From the NCBI GenBank assembly GCA_963662285.2, contig CAXXMV010000001.1:192001-256000 (forward strand): DNA of 64,000 nt, read 5' to 3'. Shown piece by piece: positions 1 through 13,815 of this stretch (position 1 is its first letter; each line of letters starts with the position of its first letter). A model generated the notes under the pieces. That model searched no databases and had not been told where the DNA came from. It was given only the letters and a program-made list of their open reading frames with translations. The stretch is from a bacterium. Lineage in GTDB: Bacteria > Hinthialibacterota > Hinthialibacteria > Hinthialibacterales > Hinthialibacteraceae. Made by a program: the position numbers and the translations under genes.

Positions 1-448
1 GAAAAATTAAATACCATTTCTTATGCGGACGGAAATAGAACAAATGCGGAGCACAATGATATCCGGTTAAATATGGATTTTGATCGACAAAATGTAATTT
101 GGCATTAGGTGCATCAGACCAATCTTTAAAATTCAGGTAAACCATATTCCAGGTTTTGGCGGATGTTGAGTAGACCGTGGCATAGATGTGCCACAAATCA
201 TTGTAACGAACCACTGTAGGATCTTTAACCGATACTATACTGTGGGTTTCATCAGAGACAGGCTTGACCAGGATATCCGAAGATATCCATTTCAGCGGTG
301 TGTCAAAAGGCGCTTCGACCGTGGTTTTATTTTCTGCTTCGGGAGCATCCGCTTGGTTTTGTGATGCTGAATCTAAAATATAGGTAAAAAGAACACAGCA
401 GACGAACGCCATTGAGACCGCAAAATGATTAACTTTTGATTTTTTCAT
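1..448 (-). CDS. GH62 alpha-L-arabinofuranosidase, N-terminal part (runs off window)
   Basis: Manual translation from ATG 448: signal-like N-terminus, then SVKDPTVVRYNDLWHIYAT and HCAPHLFYFRPHKKWYLIF, typical GH62 motifs. Not in the ORF track. Confidence 0.85.
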   Translation of the reverse strand, partial: MKKSKVNHFAVSMAFVCCVLFTYILDSASQNQADAPEAENKTTVEAPFDTPLKWISSDILVKPVSDETHSIVSVKDPTVVRYNDLWHIYATVYSTSAKTWNMVYLNFKDWSDAPNAKLHFVDQNPYLTGYHCAPHLFYFRPHKKWYLIF

Positions 449-485
449 TAGTAGACCTTTCAATAAAATTATTTTAGTTGTTGAT

Positions 486-1199
486 TTATTTCCCGTTTTC
501 TTTAAGGCTAACAGTATATCCCTGTAAGGGCTCATCATTCGCATCAAGAAATCTAGCGCAGAAATCTGTGGCTCCACCGCCATTAATTACGGCGCATCGT
601 ATAATATTCGGGCCCTTCTTGAGCGTCAGGCGTTTGGAAATACCATCGTCAATGACCGTTTGTCGGTCATTATAAATGCCAATAACCTCTTGCCCATTAA
701 CCCACCAAACCGATGCTGCGTTAGAGCCGATCGCCAAACGAACATCTTTCATCTCCTGCGAGCAATGGATGATTGTGACGCCCCAGAATAGGACGTTTGA
801 TGTAGGTTTGCCGAAACTCTTGGCGAAATAATAAAGATTAACGTTATATTCATTCGTTTGCACGGTATGCCAAATGAATTCCTTACCGTCGATCGTAACC
901 TTGTCTCCATCGTTTGGAATCACCGTAAACTGATTGGGAAAATACTCGCGCTTTACAGATGCCTGGACCGCGCTATCCGTTAGGCCGATAACGCTGATCG
1001 GATCAAGAATAATCCATTGTTGAATAAAACCATCAGCATGAGGAACTATTCCAACTGATGCTGAAAGCGAGTCTGGAGTTATCGGTCCGCGACTTACGCA
1101 ACCAGTTGCTAATATCAGCAACACGGCTCCTGTTAAGATGATAAATACTGATGTTTTTTGGATGTATGGAAAAGTATTCATGAGAATCCTTCTTTTCAT
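486..1199 (-). CDS. Putative lipoprotein with beta-sandwich (PA14-like) accessory domain in CAZyme cluster
   Basis: Lipobox LATGC; GSNAASVWWVNG and LKKGPN motifs of beta-sandwich domains. Confidence 0.55.
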   Translation of the reverse strand: MKRRILMNTFPYIQKTSVFIILTGAVLLILATGCVSRGPITPDSLSASVGIVPHADGFIQQWIILDPISVIGLTDSAVQASVKREYFPNQFTVIPNDGDKVTIDGKEFIWHTVQTNEYNVNLYYFAKSFGKPTSNVLFWGVTIIHCSQEMKDVRLAIGSNAASVWWVNGQEVIGIYNDRQTVIDDGISKRLTLKKGPNIIRCAVINGGGATDFCARFLDANDEPLQGYTVSLKENGK

Positions 1200-1237
1200 T
1201 ATTGTTACTAAAACTCAGATGATCTTTTTCTCGATTG

Positions 1238-2758
1238 TCAGGGAGTCTTCAATAGCCAACGATGTTTATCCGATTGGGGATCGTATTTAGAAAGCGTAGC
1301 GAAACTTGAACCGATCGCCGAAAGCGCTAGCGTCTCCTTGGAATTCGGAATATTTTTGGCCATGATTCGCCAGGAGCCATCGGCAAGTTGATCGAGACGC
1401 CAGAGTTGTTCGGGTTTACCAGTAAAAGCGGGGATGGCGACCAGCTCGGCATCTTCGTCAACCGCTAACGTTCGGCCTGTACCAGCAACAGTAATCTTAA
1501 AATAGGGTGAGCCGAAATAGCCTCCGGCATCAGCAACGGGTTCAATGTTCCATTTTTGTTGTGCTTGGCACATATAATTGGCCATACGCACTCCAACATT
1601 TCCGGAAGGCCATTTTGCTGATACTTCCATAACATCTTGTGGTGGAATCACACCACCGCTCCCGCTGAACATACCGCCTCCAGGTCTTCTACGTAAGCGT
1701 CTACCTCCAACCGGTACGCCCTCAACGGCCAGTTCGAGCGCTGTACCTGTGCGCACTGATTCGATCTCATACGTACCTTCTTTGCAGTTTTCACCTGCGA
1801 TGGGCCATCCGTCTCTCCATAGTAATGGACGAATATCCATTACACTGGCACCACCTCTATCAAGGTCTGCTTCATAATGACAGGAGAATTTCTGAACGCC
1901 ATCGCCTTGATCGATCAGACCAAAATGACCTGGACCAATAACACGGCCACCGGAGCCGACAAAGAGTTTACCGCCGCCCAGGAGCATATCGATACCCAGA
2001 TGGTCGATGTATGGACCTGTTACTTGCTGAGCACGACCCGCACGAATATTGTAACCTGAGTCGGCACCACGGCAGCAACTTCCATGAGTTGCAAGTAAGT
2101 AATACCAGCCTTCGTGATAAATTATGATTGACGCTTCACAGTTAATTGCAATATCGAGAGGTGTGTCGTTCGGATCAATACGCTTACCAGTGGCTGGATC
2201 GAGTTCGACCAAGCGTATATACCCAAAATATGAACCATAAACCATCCATAATCTCCCATCAGTAGGATCGAGAAAGAGTCCTGGATCAATGGCGTTGCAA
2301 AACTCTTCTCCATTGGACGAAGCGATAAGTCCTTCTTCCACCCATTCATAGCCGGGAGAATTCGGATCGAGGGTCTTGTTCGATATCAAATTGATTTCCG
2401 CTCTGGGTTGTCCTCCCACATTTGCAGATACGTACATATAGTAGCGATCACCAAGGTTTATGATGTCGGGGGCCATACCTCGACGAGATGGCGTTTCTCC
2501 TCGACTCCAAGTCCACCCATCGTCAGAGACTAAACAAGTGCCTCCTGTACCATAGGTGTAGAATTTCCCATCGCACTCAACGATTGTAGAGGGATCATGA
2601 ATTTGAACCTGCCCGTCAAGAGAGTACGATTGTGATATCAAGATAAGTGAAAATCCTATCAAACATACGCTAATTTTCATGCATTGGATAGACGGAGTAT
2701 TATTCATTGCTTTCATAGTCAGTCCTCTATTTATGTTTTGTATAAAGAATCGTGTCAC
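1238..2758 (-). CDS. GH43 arabinanase-like glycoside hydrolase with C-terminal ricin-type domain
   Basis: IHDPS, MAPD, NAIDP, YGSYFG and GPGH beta-propeller motifs; Q-x-W repeats at the C-terminus. Confidence 0.85.
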   Translation of the reverse strand: MTRFFIQNINRGLTMKAMNNTPSIQCMKISVCLIGFSLILISQSYSLDGQVQIHDPSTIVECDGKFYTYGTGGTCLVSDDGWTWSRGETPSRRGMAPDIINLGDRYYMYVSANVGGQPRAEINLISNKTLDPNSPGYEWVEEGLIASSNGEEFCNAIDPGLFLDPTDGRLWMVYGSYFGYIRLVELDPATGKRIDPNDTPLDIAINCEASIIIYHEGWYYLLATHGSCCRGADSGYNIRAGRAQQVTGPYIDHLGIDMLLGGGKLFVGSGGRVIGPGHFGLIDQGDGVQKFSCHYEADLDRGGASVMDIRPLLWRDGWPIAGENCKEGTYEIESVRTGTALELAVEGVPVGGRRLRRRPGGGMFSGSGGVIPPQDVMEVSAKWPSGNVGVRMANYMCQAQQKWNIEPVADAGGYFGSPYFKITVAGTGRTLAVDEDAELVAIPAFTGKPEQLWRLDQLADGSWRIMAKNIPNSKETLALSAIGSSFATLSKYDPQSDKHRWLLKTP

Positions 2759-2810
2759 TATTCAATTTCCACTTCCTTGCATTACTTTGAATGATTCTCT
2801 ATCAGCATTG

Positions 2811-5132
2811 TCATTGAATTATGTTCAAATCATGATCCAGTATGATTTTATTCCCTGCATCAATCTGCAGGTTTTTCGTTTGTTCGTTATACCGGATATT
2901 GCACTTATTACCATTTTTACTATGGATTATGGCTTTTGCCAGTTTTTCGTTTTTCCACTCCAGGTCAATTTCAAATCCACCTTTGGCGCATAAACCTTGA
3001 ACTGATCCATTAGCAAAAGTTTTTGGTAAAGCGGGAAGAAGCAAGATTTCATTTTGCATGCACTGTAAAAACATTTCTGCTATACCGGATGTACCGCCGA
3101 AATTACCATCGATCTGAAAAGGCGGATGAGCATCGAACATATTTGGATACGTCCGCTGAGGGTGTATCAGCATCGTGAGTATTTTATAGGTGTGTTCAGC
3201 ATCGTGGAGGCGCGCCCAGAGGTTTAAACGCCAGCCGATTCCCCAACCGGTAGCGTTGTCACCTCGAATCTCAAGTGATTCACGAACCGCTTTGGCCAAA
3301 TCCGGTGTATGGATGACATTGATCTGGTCGCTGGGATAAAGCCCATAGAGATGGGATACATGGCGATGGTGAATATCTCTCGCTTCCATATCCCAGTCTT
3401 CAATCCATTCCTGAAGTTGACCTTCTTTTCCGATCTGATTTGGCGCAAGCCTTTCACGAGCAGACGCCAATTTACTGCGGAAATCGTTATCTTTCTTCAG
3501 GATTTCTGAGGCATTGATACAGTACGTAAACAGATCGCGGACGATCTGCATATCCATAGTTGGACCGGCGCAGATACTCACACCGTATTTGTGTCCGTTT
3601 TCCGGTGAAAGCGAAGGGCAGGTAACAAGCCATTTGAATTTTGGATGTTCAACTAGCGTATCAAGGAAAAACTGCGATGCGCCTTTGAGTACAGGATAAA
3701 TCTTTTTTAGATATTCATTATCTCCGCCATATTCGTATCGTTCCCAAAGGTGCTTGCATAACCATGCACCGCCGGTTGGCCAGAATCCCCATGCGGGACC
3801 ATCGATAGGGGCTGTTGCACGCCACAGGTCCGTATTGTGATGGCAGACCCAGCCGCCTGCGCCCCATTGCACTTCTGCTGTTCGTTTTCCCGTTTCAGTG
3901 AGATCCATAACCATCCCGATCAACGGTTCAGTACATTCCGCCAAGTTGGTTGGTTCAGCGGGCCAGTAATTCATTTCTGTATTAATGTTGATTGTGTATT
4001 TACTGTCCCATGGCGGTCTCATACTTTCATTCCAGATTCCCTGCAAATTAGCAGGCTGACTACCTGGTCGTGAACTGGAAATCAGCAAATAACGTCCAAA
4101 CTGAAAATACAAACTTGCCAGTTGGGGATCATTACCATTGGCAAATTTCTTTATGCGTTCATCGGTTGGAAGTTTCATCGCATCGCTGGTACCCAGATCA
4201 AGCGATACACGGCGAAAAAGTCGTTGATGTTCAGTGATATGTTCTTGTTTGAGGTCTTGATAAGACTTTAAATTTGCCGACTTGATAGTTTCTTTTGTTA
4301 GTTCCGCTGGATTACCACTTACATCGTTGTATCTTTTGAAACTAGTATTGACGGCAATGAAAAGTATGGCCGAATCAGCTTTTTCTACGGTAATTAGGTT
4401 CTCATTTTCTATCAACTCGCCGCCGGTCTGTTTTACTCTCACACGAGCCTGGAATGTCAACGCGCCTTTTATCCCCATAGCATCACCGTTGACGCCATCC
4501 AGGAGTAACGTCCCTGGTGATTCAACAGAAACAGATGCAGACTGAGGTGTTTTCATTCCTGCTGAAAATGAAATGCAGCCTGGTTTATTGGCTTTTAATT
4601 GAATAACGATTACCTGATCGACCGGACTGGAAAAAAATTCTCTGGAGTACTCAACATCATCTTGAGTATATGAAACGCTGGCGATTGCTGTATCAAGATT
4701 GAGAGTTCTCCGATAATTTGTAAGCGAGTTTCCTTCCGGAAACGTAAGGAGCAGGTCACCAACCACTTGATAGGGCAACTGCTTTAGTGGTTTCGCCATC
4801 ATTTTCTGACCAATCAGGCGATCCGCTTCTCGATACTTGCCTTCAAAAATTAGTTGCTGCGCTTTGGGCAATGCTTCCAATGCTTCCGAATTATTCGGAT
4901 CGTATGGTCCACCGGCCCATAAGGTGTCTTCATTCAGTTGAATTCGTTCTTGACTGACGCCGCCGAAAATCATTCCACCCAAACGCCCATTACCGATTGG
5001 AAGCGCTTCCGTCCATCGTTTAGCTGCTTGTCGATACCAAAGGCTGAGCGGTTCAGATGGGGCCTGCGCGAAAATCACATTACTTGATAGAAGGAAAAAT
5101 AATACAAGGAGTGTAACACGTCTTGATTGCAT
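2811..5132 (-). CDS. GH95 alpha-L-fucosidase/alpha-L-galactosidase
   Basis: ALPIGNGRLG, LNEDTLW, FQFGRYLLISSSR, NINTEMNYW, HRHVSHLYGLYP, PPFQIDGNFG; likely start MQSRR at 5132. Confidence 0.93.
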   Translation of the reverse strand: MQSRRVTLLVLFFLLSSNVIFAQAPSEPLSLWYRQAAKRWTEALPIGNGRLGGMIFGGVSQERIQLNEDTLWAGGPYDPNNSEALEALPKAQQLIFEGKYREADRLIGQKMMAKPLKQLPYQVVGDLLLTFPEGNSLTNYRRTLNLDTAIASVSYTQDDVEYSREFFSSPVDQVIVIQLKANKPGCISFSAGMKTPQSASVSVESPGTLLLDGVNGDAMGIKGALTFQARVRVKQTGGELIENENLITVEKADSAILFIAVNTSFKRYNDVSGNPAELTKETIKSANLKSYQDLKQEHITEHQRLFRRVSLDLGTSDAMKLPTDERIKKFANGNDPQLASLYFQFGRYLLISSSRPGSQPANLQGIWNESMRPPWDSKYTININTEMNYWPAEPTNLAECTEPLIGMVMDLTETGKRTAEVQWGAGGWVCHHNTDLWRATAPIDGPAWGFWPTGGAWLCKHLWERYEYGGDNEYLKKIYPVLKGASQFFLDTLVEHPKFKWLVTCPSLSPENGHKYGVSICAGPTMDMQIVRDLFTYCINASEILKKDNDFRSKLASARERLAPNQIGKEGQLQEWIEDWDMEARDIHHRHVSHLYGLYPSDQINVIHTPDLAKAVRESLEIRGDNATGWGIGWRLNLWARLHDAEHTYKILTMLIHPQRTYPNMFDAHPPFQIDGNFGGTSGIAEMFLQCMQNEILLLPALPKTFANGSVQGLCAKGGFEIDLEWKNEKLAKAIIHSKNGNKCNIRYNEQTKNLQIDAGNKIILDHDLNIIQ

Positions 5133-5426
5133 AGTGATATTCCGGACACCTTTCAAAGAGATTACTTTTATTTGTCTTCGATTGTATAGAAAAAGTTGCA
5201 AATTCTCTATATAAACGAGAATCGTGAAACTCAATTCATCCCATAAACGCTCAATTTTTCAGTATTCGTATGATATTTGCCAAATATCCAGAAAATACCA
5301 GTTAATATTGCAATGTGTATTAAATATGTATTTTTTGTTTTAAATCAGTTAATGATTCTCATTGCATTTCACTTTCAGATTGATGAGATATATTAAGAAA
5401 TTCCAATGCTTTCACCTATCAATTGA

Positions 5427-8117
<2,691 letters not shown>

Positions 8118-8150
8118 ATACACATCTTACTTGAAGAATGGGAGTAGTCC

Positions 8151-9269
8151 GTGAAAACAAAACGAATAATCACACTAATGAGCGCATTAATTCTGTTGAA
8201 TTGCGCACTTTCAAATGCGGCTGAACAGGATGTCCCCGTGTTAAAAGAAGTATTCAAGAATCACTTCCTCATAGGCGGGGCGATGAATCGATGGGTGATT
8301 GCTGGACGAGATGCCAATGCGGCAGCACTCGCCGAAAAACATTTTAATACTGCGACTGCAGAAAACGCCATGAAATGGCAGCGCATTTATCCCCGGATCG
8401 ACCAATACAACTGGGGACCGGCTGACGAGTTTATGGAGTTCTGCAAGAAAAATAAAATGGCAGCCATCGGCCATTGCCTAGTCTGGCATAGTCAGGTTCC
8501 GCGCTGGGTGTTTCTTGATAATGAAGGAAATGACCTAACGAGAGACGCGCTTTTAAACCGCATGAAGAATCATATCGACACAGTCGTCGGTCGCTATAAA
8601 GGCAGAATCAAGGGTTGGGATGTTGTCAATGAAGCGCTGGAAGGCGACGGCTCGCTAAGGAAAAGCAAATGGCTAGAGATCATTGGTGAAGATGCTGAAG
8701 AAAAGAAATACGATTACATCGAAAAGGCTTTTCAATGGGCTCAGGAAGCCGATCCCGACACTGAGTTATACTACAATGACTACGGTTTGGAAACCTCAAA
8801 AAAGAAAACCGATGGAGCGGTCGAGATCGTAAAGCATTTAAAGTCCAAGGGCATCCGCATCGATGCTGTTGGTATCCAACTGCACGGGGGATTGGAGTAC
8901 CCCAGCGCAGAAGGTCTTGAATACGCGATCACCAGTCTGGCAGCAACCGGCGTCAAAGTAATGATTACGGAATTAGATATCCGAACACGGCGGCGAGGAT
9001 ATCGCGGTGCCGATATCAGCCGGGTCAACCGGCAAAGCACGACCGATTCAAATGCGAATTCCGAGGAAACTCAGAAAAAAGTTGCAGAGAAATATACCGA
9101 GATTTTTTCGATCCTGAACAAACACAAAGACGATGTTAAACGGGTCACGTTTTGGGGCATCTATGATGGCGCATCCTGGATTGGAGGCTCTCCCTTGTTG
9201 TTTGATCGGAGTTACCAGCCCAAGGAGGCGTTTTTTGCCGTAGTAAAGACAGCACAGGATAACAAGTAG
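8151..9269 (+). CDS. GH10 endo-1,4-beta-xylanase
   Basis: AENAMKW, GHCLVWHSQ, WDVVNEA (acid/base), YYNDY, ITELD (nucleophile). Confidence 0.93.
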   Translation: MKTKRIITLMSALILLNCALSNAAEQDVPVLKEVFKNHFLIGGAMNRWVIAGRDANAAALAEKHFNTATAENAMKWQRIYPRIDQYNWGPADEFMEFCKKNKMAAIGHCLVWHSQVPRWVFLDNEGNDLTRDALLNRMKNHIDTVVGRYKGRIKGWDVVNEALEGDGSLRKSKWLEIIGEDAEEKKYDYIEKAFQWAQEADPDTELYYNDYGLETSKKKTDGAVEIVKHLKSKGIRIDAVGIQLHGGLEYPSAEGLEYAITSLAATGVKVMITELDIRTRRRGYRGADISRVNRQSTTDSNANSEETQKKVAEKYTEIFSILNKHKDDVKRVTFWGIYDGASWIGGSPLLFDRSYQPKEAFFAVVKTAQDNK

Positions 9270-9311
9270 ACACACTTACGATAAGCGGGGAACACTGTTT
9301 ATTGTATTTCA

Positions 9312-10571
9312 TCAAAAATCTGTTTTGATACGGTAAGTGACTTCACCATTTTCATTGGAAATGCTACCGCCGTTTTCAAGAATCGCAATCTCTGCTATTG
9401 CTACTAATCGGTTAACTATATCCGAAATTTTGTTGAAATTTGGAAGGTTATCCCTTGAATAATTAATGTAGGTATCGTTGAAAGGCTTTTCCCATTTTCC
9501 ACGAGAAGGTAGTTCTTTGGTAAATTTATCTGGAATTGAAGTTCCACCATTAATGACACCGAGTAATCCTCCAAATGTCGCCGCCTGGTTGTCGCAGTCA
9601 TAACCGGATGTGGTGGCAATTCCAACAGTCTTGGTAAAATCTCCATCACCATATAAGAGCGCCATGACGCCATTCAATCCATTGATCACGGCACCACCGA
9701 CCGGATAGGGAATTTTAAAACCACCCACTTCATTGAAGTATTTATCATGAATTAACTGCCTTGTCACTTTCCAGTCGTCATTCTCCTTTGACCATTTCAC
9801 TAAATCTTTAAATGCTGTCAAGTATGGACTGTCATCAGGTAATTTACTCATACCTATTTTGAGCAATTTGTATGGATTTTTTTCAAAGAATGCAGCGCTG
9901 TACATCGTGACGATTACTTTCGTACCATGCGTCCCCCAACTGTCATTGTTGATTCTGGCACCCCATTCAGCTCGTTCGGCTGCTTTGTCGGTCATACCCG
10001 GATAAACAGCTCCCCAGATCTCGTTAGTGAGTTGAGATGAAATACGATACCAGTAATCATTGAATTCTTTGCTCCCGGTTTTTGGCGGTAAATATCCTTG
10101 GTTAATCAAATCTCTCACTCGGGCATTAGACGACCAGATGAACCTTTTAACATGTTCTTTTCGCATCGCGGCAATTTCTTCATAATTTAAGTCAAGCCCA
10201 TATTTTTCAATAGCGTGAAGGGTTACAAATTCAATATCCGTGTCATCATCGCTCCAGGAGCCGCCCATCGCATCGGCCATGATGTTGACAAAACTTCGCC
10301 GGTCGTTGAGGTTCATCTTTAAACCAAGGCTTTCAGCGTCTTTGTAATTGAAATAATGGTCAATAAAAACGGGGATGGGTTCATCGGTGTAGAGGTTTTC
10401 AAAAGGAAATCCAACGTAATTTCCTGCGAGTTGCCCTATCCAGTAGCCATGTATTTTATCAGTAAGTTCAGCCTTTGAAATAGTCCGATAATTCTGTGAA
10501 AAAGAGAAATTATCAGCCATGAAACAAACGAAAAAAGCAAGGATTAGTAATTTTAAAAAAGAAATTTTCAT
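9312..10571 (-). CDS. Secreted ADP-ribosylglycohydrolase-family protein
   Basis: Signal peptide; SDDDTD and GYDCDNQAAT metal-binding motifs. Confidence 0.75.
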   Translation of the reverse strand: MKISFLKLLILAFFVCFMADNFSFSQNYRTISKAELTDKIHGYWIGQLAGNYVGFPFENLYTDEPIPVFIDHYFNYKDAESLGLKMNLNDRRSFVNIMADAMGGSWSDDDTDIEFVTLHAIEKYGLDLNYEEIAAMRKEHVKRFIWSSNARVRDLINQGYLPPKTGSKEFNDYWYRISSQLTNEIWGAVYPGMTDKAAERAEWGARINNDSWGTHGTKVIVTMYSAAFFEKNPYKLLKIGMSKLPDDSPYLTAFKDLVKWSKENDDWKVTRQLIHDKYFNEVGGFKIPYPVGGAVINGLNGVMALLYGDGDFTKTVGIATTSGYDCDNQAATFGGLLGVINGGTSIPDKFTKELPSRGKWEKPFNDTYINYSRDNLPNFNKISDIVNRLVAIAEIAILENGGSISNENGEVTYRIKTDF

Positions 10572-10840
10572 GATTGCATACTTTCAATAGTATTTGATAT
10601 TATTGGATTTGTAGAATCTCCAGTAAACACGCTCTGTTAAAAAGGATTTCTATTCAACAGCGTCCTTGATTTTTATGTAAAATTACCCTGATAGACAGGA
10701 ATAATTTTTACTTTCACCCATTCATTTGATCAATTTATCAAATAATTGAATCATGAACAAGGTGGTGCAGAGAGTGAGAGGTAACTGTGTTTTGTAGGAT
10801 TTATGATAAAAACTAATAATCCAACTTTACACAAAAAATC

Positions 10841-11440
10841 GTAAGCATTTAGCGGAGTGAAGAGAAAGGAGGGAGCGAACCAGAGAAAAGCGAGTCATGA
10901 TGGGCGGAGAAAAGAGTGTCAACGGGGTTGAGATCCCGCCTTTTGAGTGTGCGGAAGATGGACATCAAAATGGCCTGAGTGTGGGCTCCGGTCATGCTAC
11001 GGTTGCCTTGAATTACTTTGCGCATGATGACCGCAGGCCGGATTTCCCGCTCGGCATGGTTGTTCGTCGGTGGAACGTTGGGATATTCCAGAAAGGTCAA
11101 CAATTCGTCCCAATATTTTTGCAAGCGCTTGGTCAGCCGTTGAACATCGCCATCGTTCGATGGAATCAACATAAGATCAACCAAGCGCTCATAGAGCCGT
11201 TCGATCCGGGATGTATAAGTGTCCGGTGAGAAATCATCCCGCTGGCGTAAGCGTTAGGCGTCTTTGAACAAACGTTTGGTTTTCTTGGAAAAGGTGGGCC
11301 ACTCCGCTGACGAGTTGGAAACATCGACCTTCTCGAACTCGCGCAACAGATCGACCAGACAGAATTGCCGTTTTCCATTGGCGATGGAATCGTAAGCGGC
11401 CCAAAAATCGGTGACCAAGCCGCCTTCGCTGATCGGGAAA
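10841..11440 (-). pseudogene. IS66-family transposase 3' remnant (frameshifted) with one terminal IR
   Basis: LVTDFWAAYD and VPPTNNHAEREIRPAVIMRK spread over several frames; GTAAGCATTTAG end at 10841 resembles the IR of the intact IS66 at 32417. Confidence 0.85.
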
Positions 11441-11447
11441 TGAAGAT

Positions 11448-12322
11448 GGGAGTGGAAGGATGGCGATACAGTTGATGTGAACTTACCCATGCGCACACAC
11501 GTTGAACGTCTACCTGACGGTTCTGATTGGGTGGCTATTCTAAATGGCCCGATTGTACTCGCCAAGCCTGACGGGACAGATCAATTGGAGGGGTTGTTTG
11601 CTGACGAAGGCCGAATGGCGCACGTTGCCAATGGCCCGACGAGACCACTCGATAAAGTTCCGGCCTTACTGACCAATGAAAAGGAACTTCTCAATCATAT
11701 CGTTCCCGATCTGGCTGCCGGATCGCTTCACTTCCGTATTAAAGATGTGATCGAGCCACCTGAATCAGAGGGCTTACCTTTAATACCGTTCTTCAGAATA
11801 CATGAATGTCGCTACCATATGTACTGGGAACTCACCAGTATTGAAAAGATCAAGGCCCGCAAAGAAAAAATCGCCGCTCAGGAACGTGCCCGCGCCGCAC
11901 TCGAAGCAGCTACACTCGACGCTGTCGCTGTGGGAGAACAGCAACCCGAAGTGGAGCATGACCTGAAAGGCGAAGGAATGGAGTCGGGAACTCATAATGG
12001 TCGACGCTGGCGGCATGGAGACTGGATTCAATACACCCTCAACACACAAGGTGTGAAGGAAGTCACTTTAGCCGTAACCTACTCCGGTGACGACCGGGGC
12101 CGGGAATTCGATATCTTGGTTAACGGAACGGCAATCGCTACACAGAAACTGACCGGGGAAAAACCAAACAGTTTTATTGAAAAGCGGTATGCGATTCCCT
12201 CTGAGATCCTTGAAAAGGCAAGCACTGGCCGACTAACGGTTCGGTTTTCTGTAAAACGGTGGCTCGCTGGAGGGTTGTATGATGTGCGTCTGCTCAAGCC
12301 AGGCGCTCCGGAAACAAAGTAG
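11448..12322 (+). pseudogene. C-terminal fragment of GH127/GH146 beta-L-arabinofuranosidase
   Basis: WKDGDTVDVNLPM, GPIVLA, LIPFFRIHECRYHMYW, GEQQPEVEH; catalytic N-terminal domain absent, replaced by the IS66 remnant. Confidence 0.8.
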
Positions 12323-12362
12323 TATTTTCTTAAATCATCAAAATAAACCATAGGAGATCGCT

Positions 12363-13241
12363 ATGGTTCAGAAAATTAAAGCCGCTTTACTAGTACTGAT
12401 AGCCTTACCCCTGTTCATTGTTAGTGTGTTCGGCGATCCCGATCCGAATTTTTATATTTTCCTTTGTTTCGGTCAATCCAATATGGAGAGTGGAGGAAAA
12501 ATGGAAGAGGTGGACCGAACCGTCGATTCGCGTTTTCAGGTCATGGCTGATTTTGACAATCCAGAACGCGGGTGGAAAAAGAATAACTGGTATGATGCGA
12601 TCCCGCCTTTATCTGCACGAGGCAAGGGGATTTGTCTGGTCGATTACTTCGGGAGAACGTTGGTCGCCAACCTGCCGGAGAAGTTTCGCCTGGGGATCAT
12701 TTAAGTCACTGTCCCAGGTTGCAAAATCGAACTGTTCGAGAAAGATACGTTCATGACGTACCTTGATACAGAGCGGGACTGGATGAAGAACATTGTCAAG
12801 AACTACAACAATAATCCCTATCAATATCTTCTCGATATGGCCAAAGCGGCGCAGAAGGATGGTGTGATCAAGGGAATCCTGCTCCATCAAGGGGAGTCTA
12901 ATCCCAACGACAATCAATGGCCGAACAAAGTGAAAGGCGTTTACGACAATCTGATCAACGATCTTCATCTCAAGGCTGATGATGTTCCGTTGCTGGCGGG
13001 TGAAACCGTGAACGCCGATCAGGGAGGCGTTTGTGCAGGTTTCAACAAAATTATGGCGAAGTTACCCACGGTTCTTCCCAATTCTTATGTCGTATCTTCA
13101 GCGGGTTGCACATGCCATCCAGACCATTTGCATTTCAATTCAGCAGGATCAAGAATGTTTGATAAGAGATATGGAAAAACTATGCTATCGTTGCTCGCAA
13201 GCAAGACTCCCGATTCAAGCCAGCCTGTCCCATCAATATGA
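12363..13241 (+). pseudogene. CE6/SASA-family acetylxylan esterase with in-frame TAA at 12702-12704
   Basis: FGQSNMES, GILLHQGESN and DHLHF motifs; the two ORFs are in the same frame, joined by GII*VTVPGCKIELF. Confidence 0.85.
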
Positions 13242-13568
13242 TTAAGAGATTTCTCGTGAGTAAGTCGAAGACTTATTCAAAAGACTTTATGCAAACATCA
13301 TCTCCAATTAATAAAGATATGTTCAGATAACTGACTCAAATTTCTATTTATAGGTTTTTAAGGGAACCCTCAGCTCATTGAGCTGATGCTCCCCCTCATG
13401 ATAAAAAAGGGCTTTTTCGTAACTTAATATTTTTAAGGGGATTACGAAATTGAGTATTTCAATCAAATGCCGGAAAATTGCCGATATTTTTTTAAAAGGG
13501 TTCCTGAAAGGGTTCCCAGGGCAGATTCTGTTAAAATAAAAATTTTCGTAAGTCCAATAAAATCAGTA

Positions 13569-13620
13569 AGCGGGAGACGGGGTTCGAACCCGCGACCCTC
13601 AGCTTGGGAATCTGTTGCTC
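13569..13620 (-). mobile_element. att site: 3' fragment of tRNA-Gly(CCC)
   Basis: Reverse complement reads TTCCCAAGCTGAGGGTCGCGGGTTCGAACCCCGTCTCCCGCT (anticodon loop, T arm, 3' acceptor strand); no 5' acceptor strand or intact D arm; about 200 bp from an integrase. Confidence 0.85.
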
Positions 13621-13815
13621 CTATATAAAAAATTTACTTATCTACTTGATTTTTCAATACTTTTTTATTATAATAACGTATTGAATATACTAGGTATAAA
13701 AAATTAATAACTACCTGTATTTTCTAGTTTTTTCTCTTGGTTTCTTATGTGTTCCTGTGGTCTAAACATGACAAAAACATGACAAGGAGGCCATCAGCTT
13801 GAAGCTGATGGTAAT

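Noticed and set aside
13569-13640. Functional tRNA-Gly gene
   Set aside because: Only the 3' half is present. The anticodon stem is mismatched and the 5' acceptor strand is missing, so it is treated as an att remnant.
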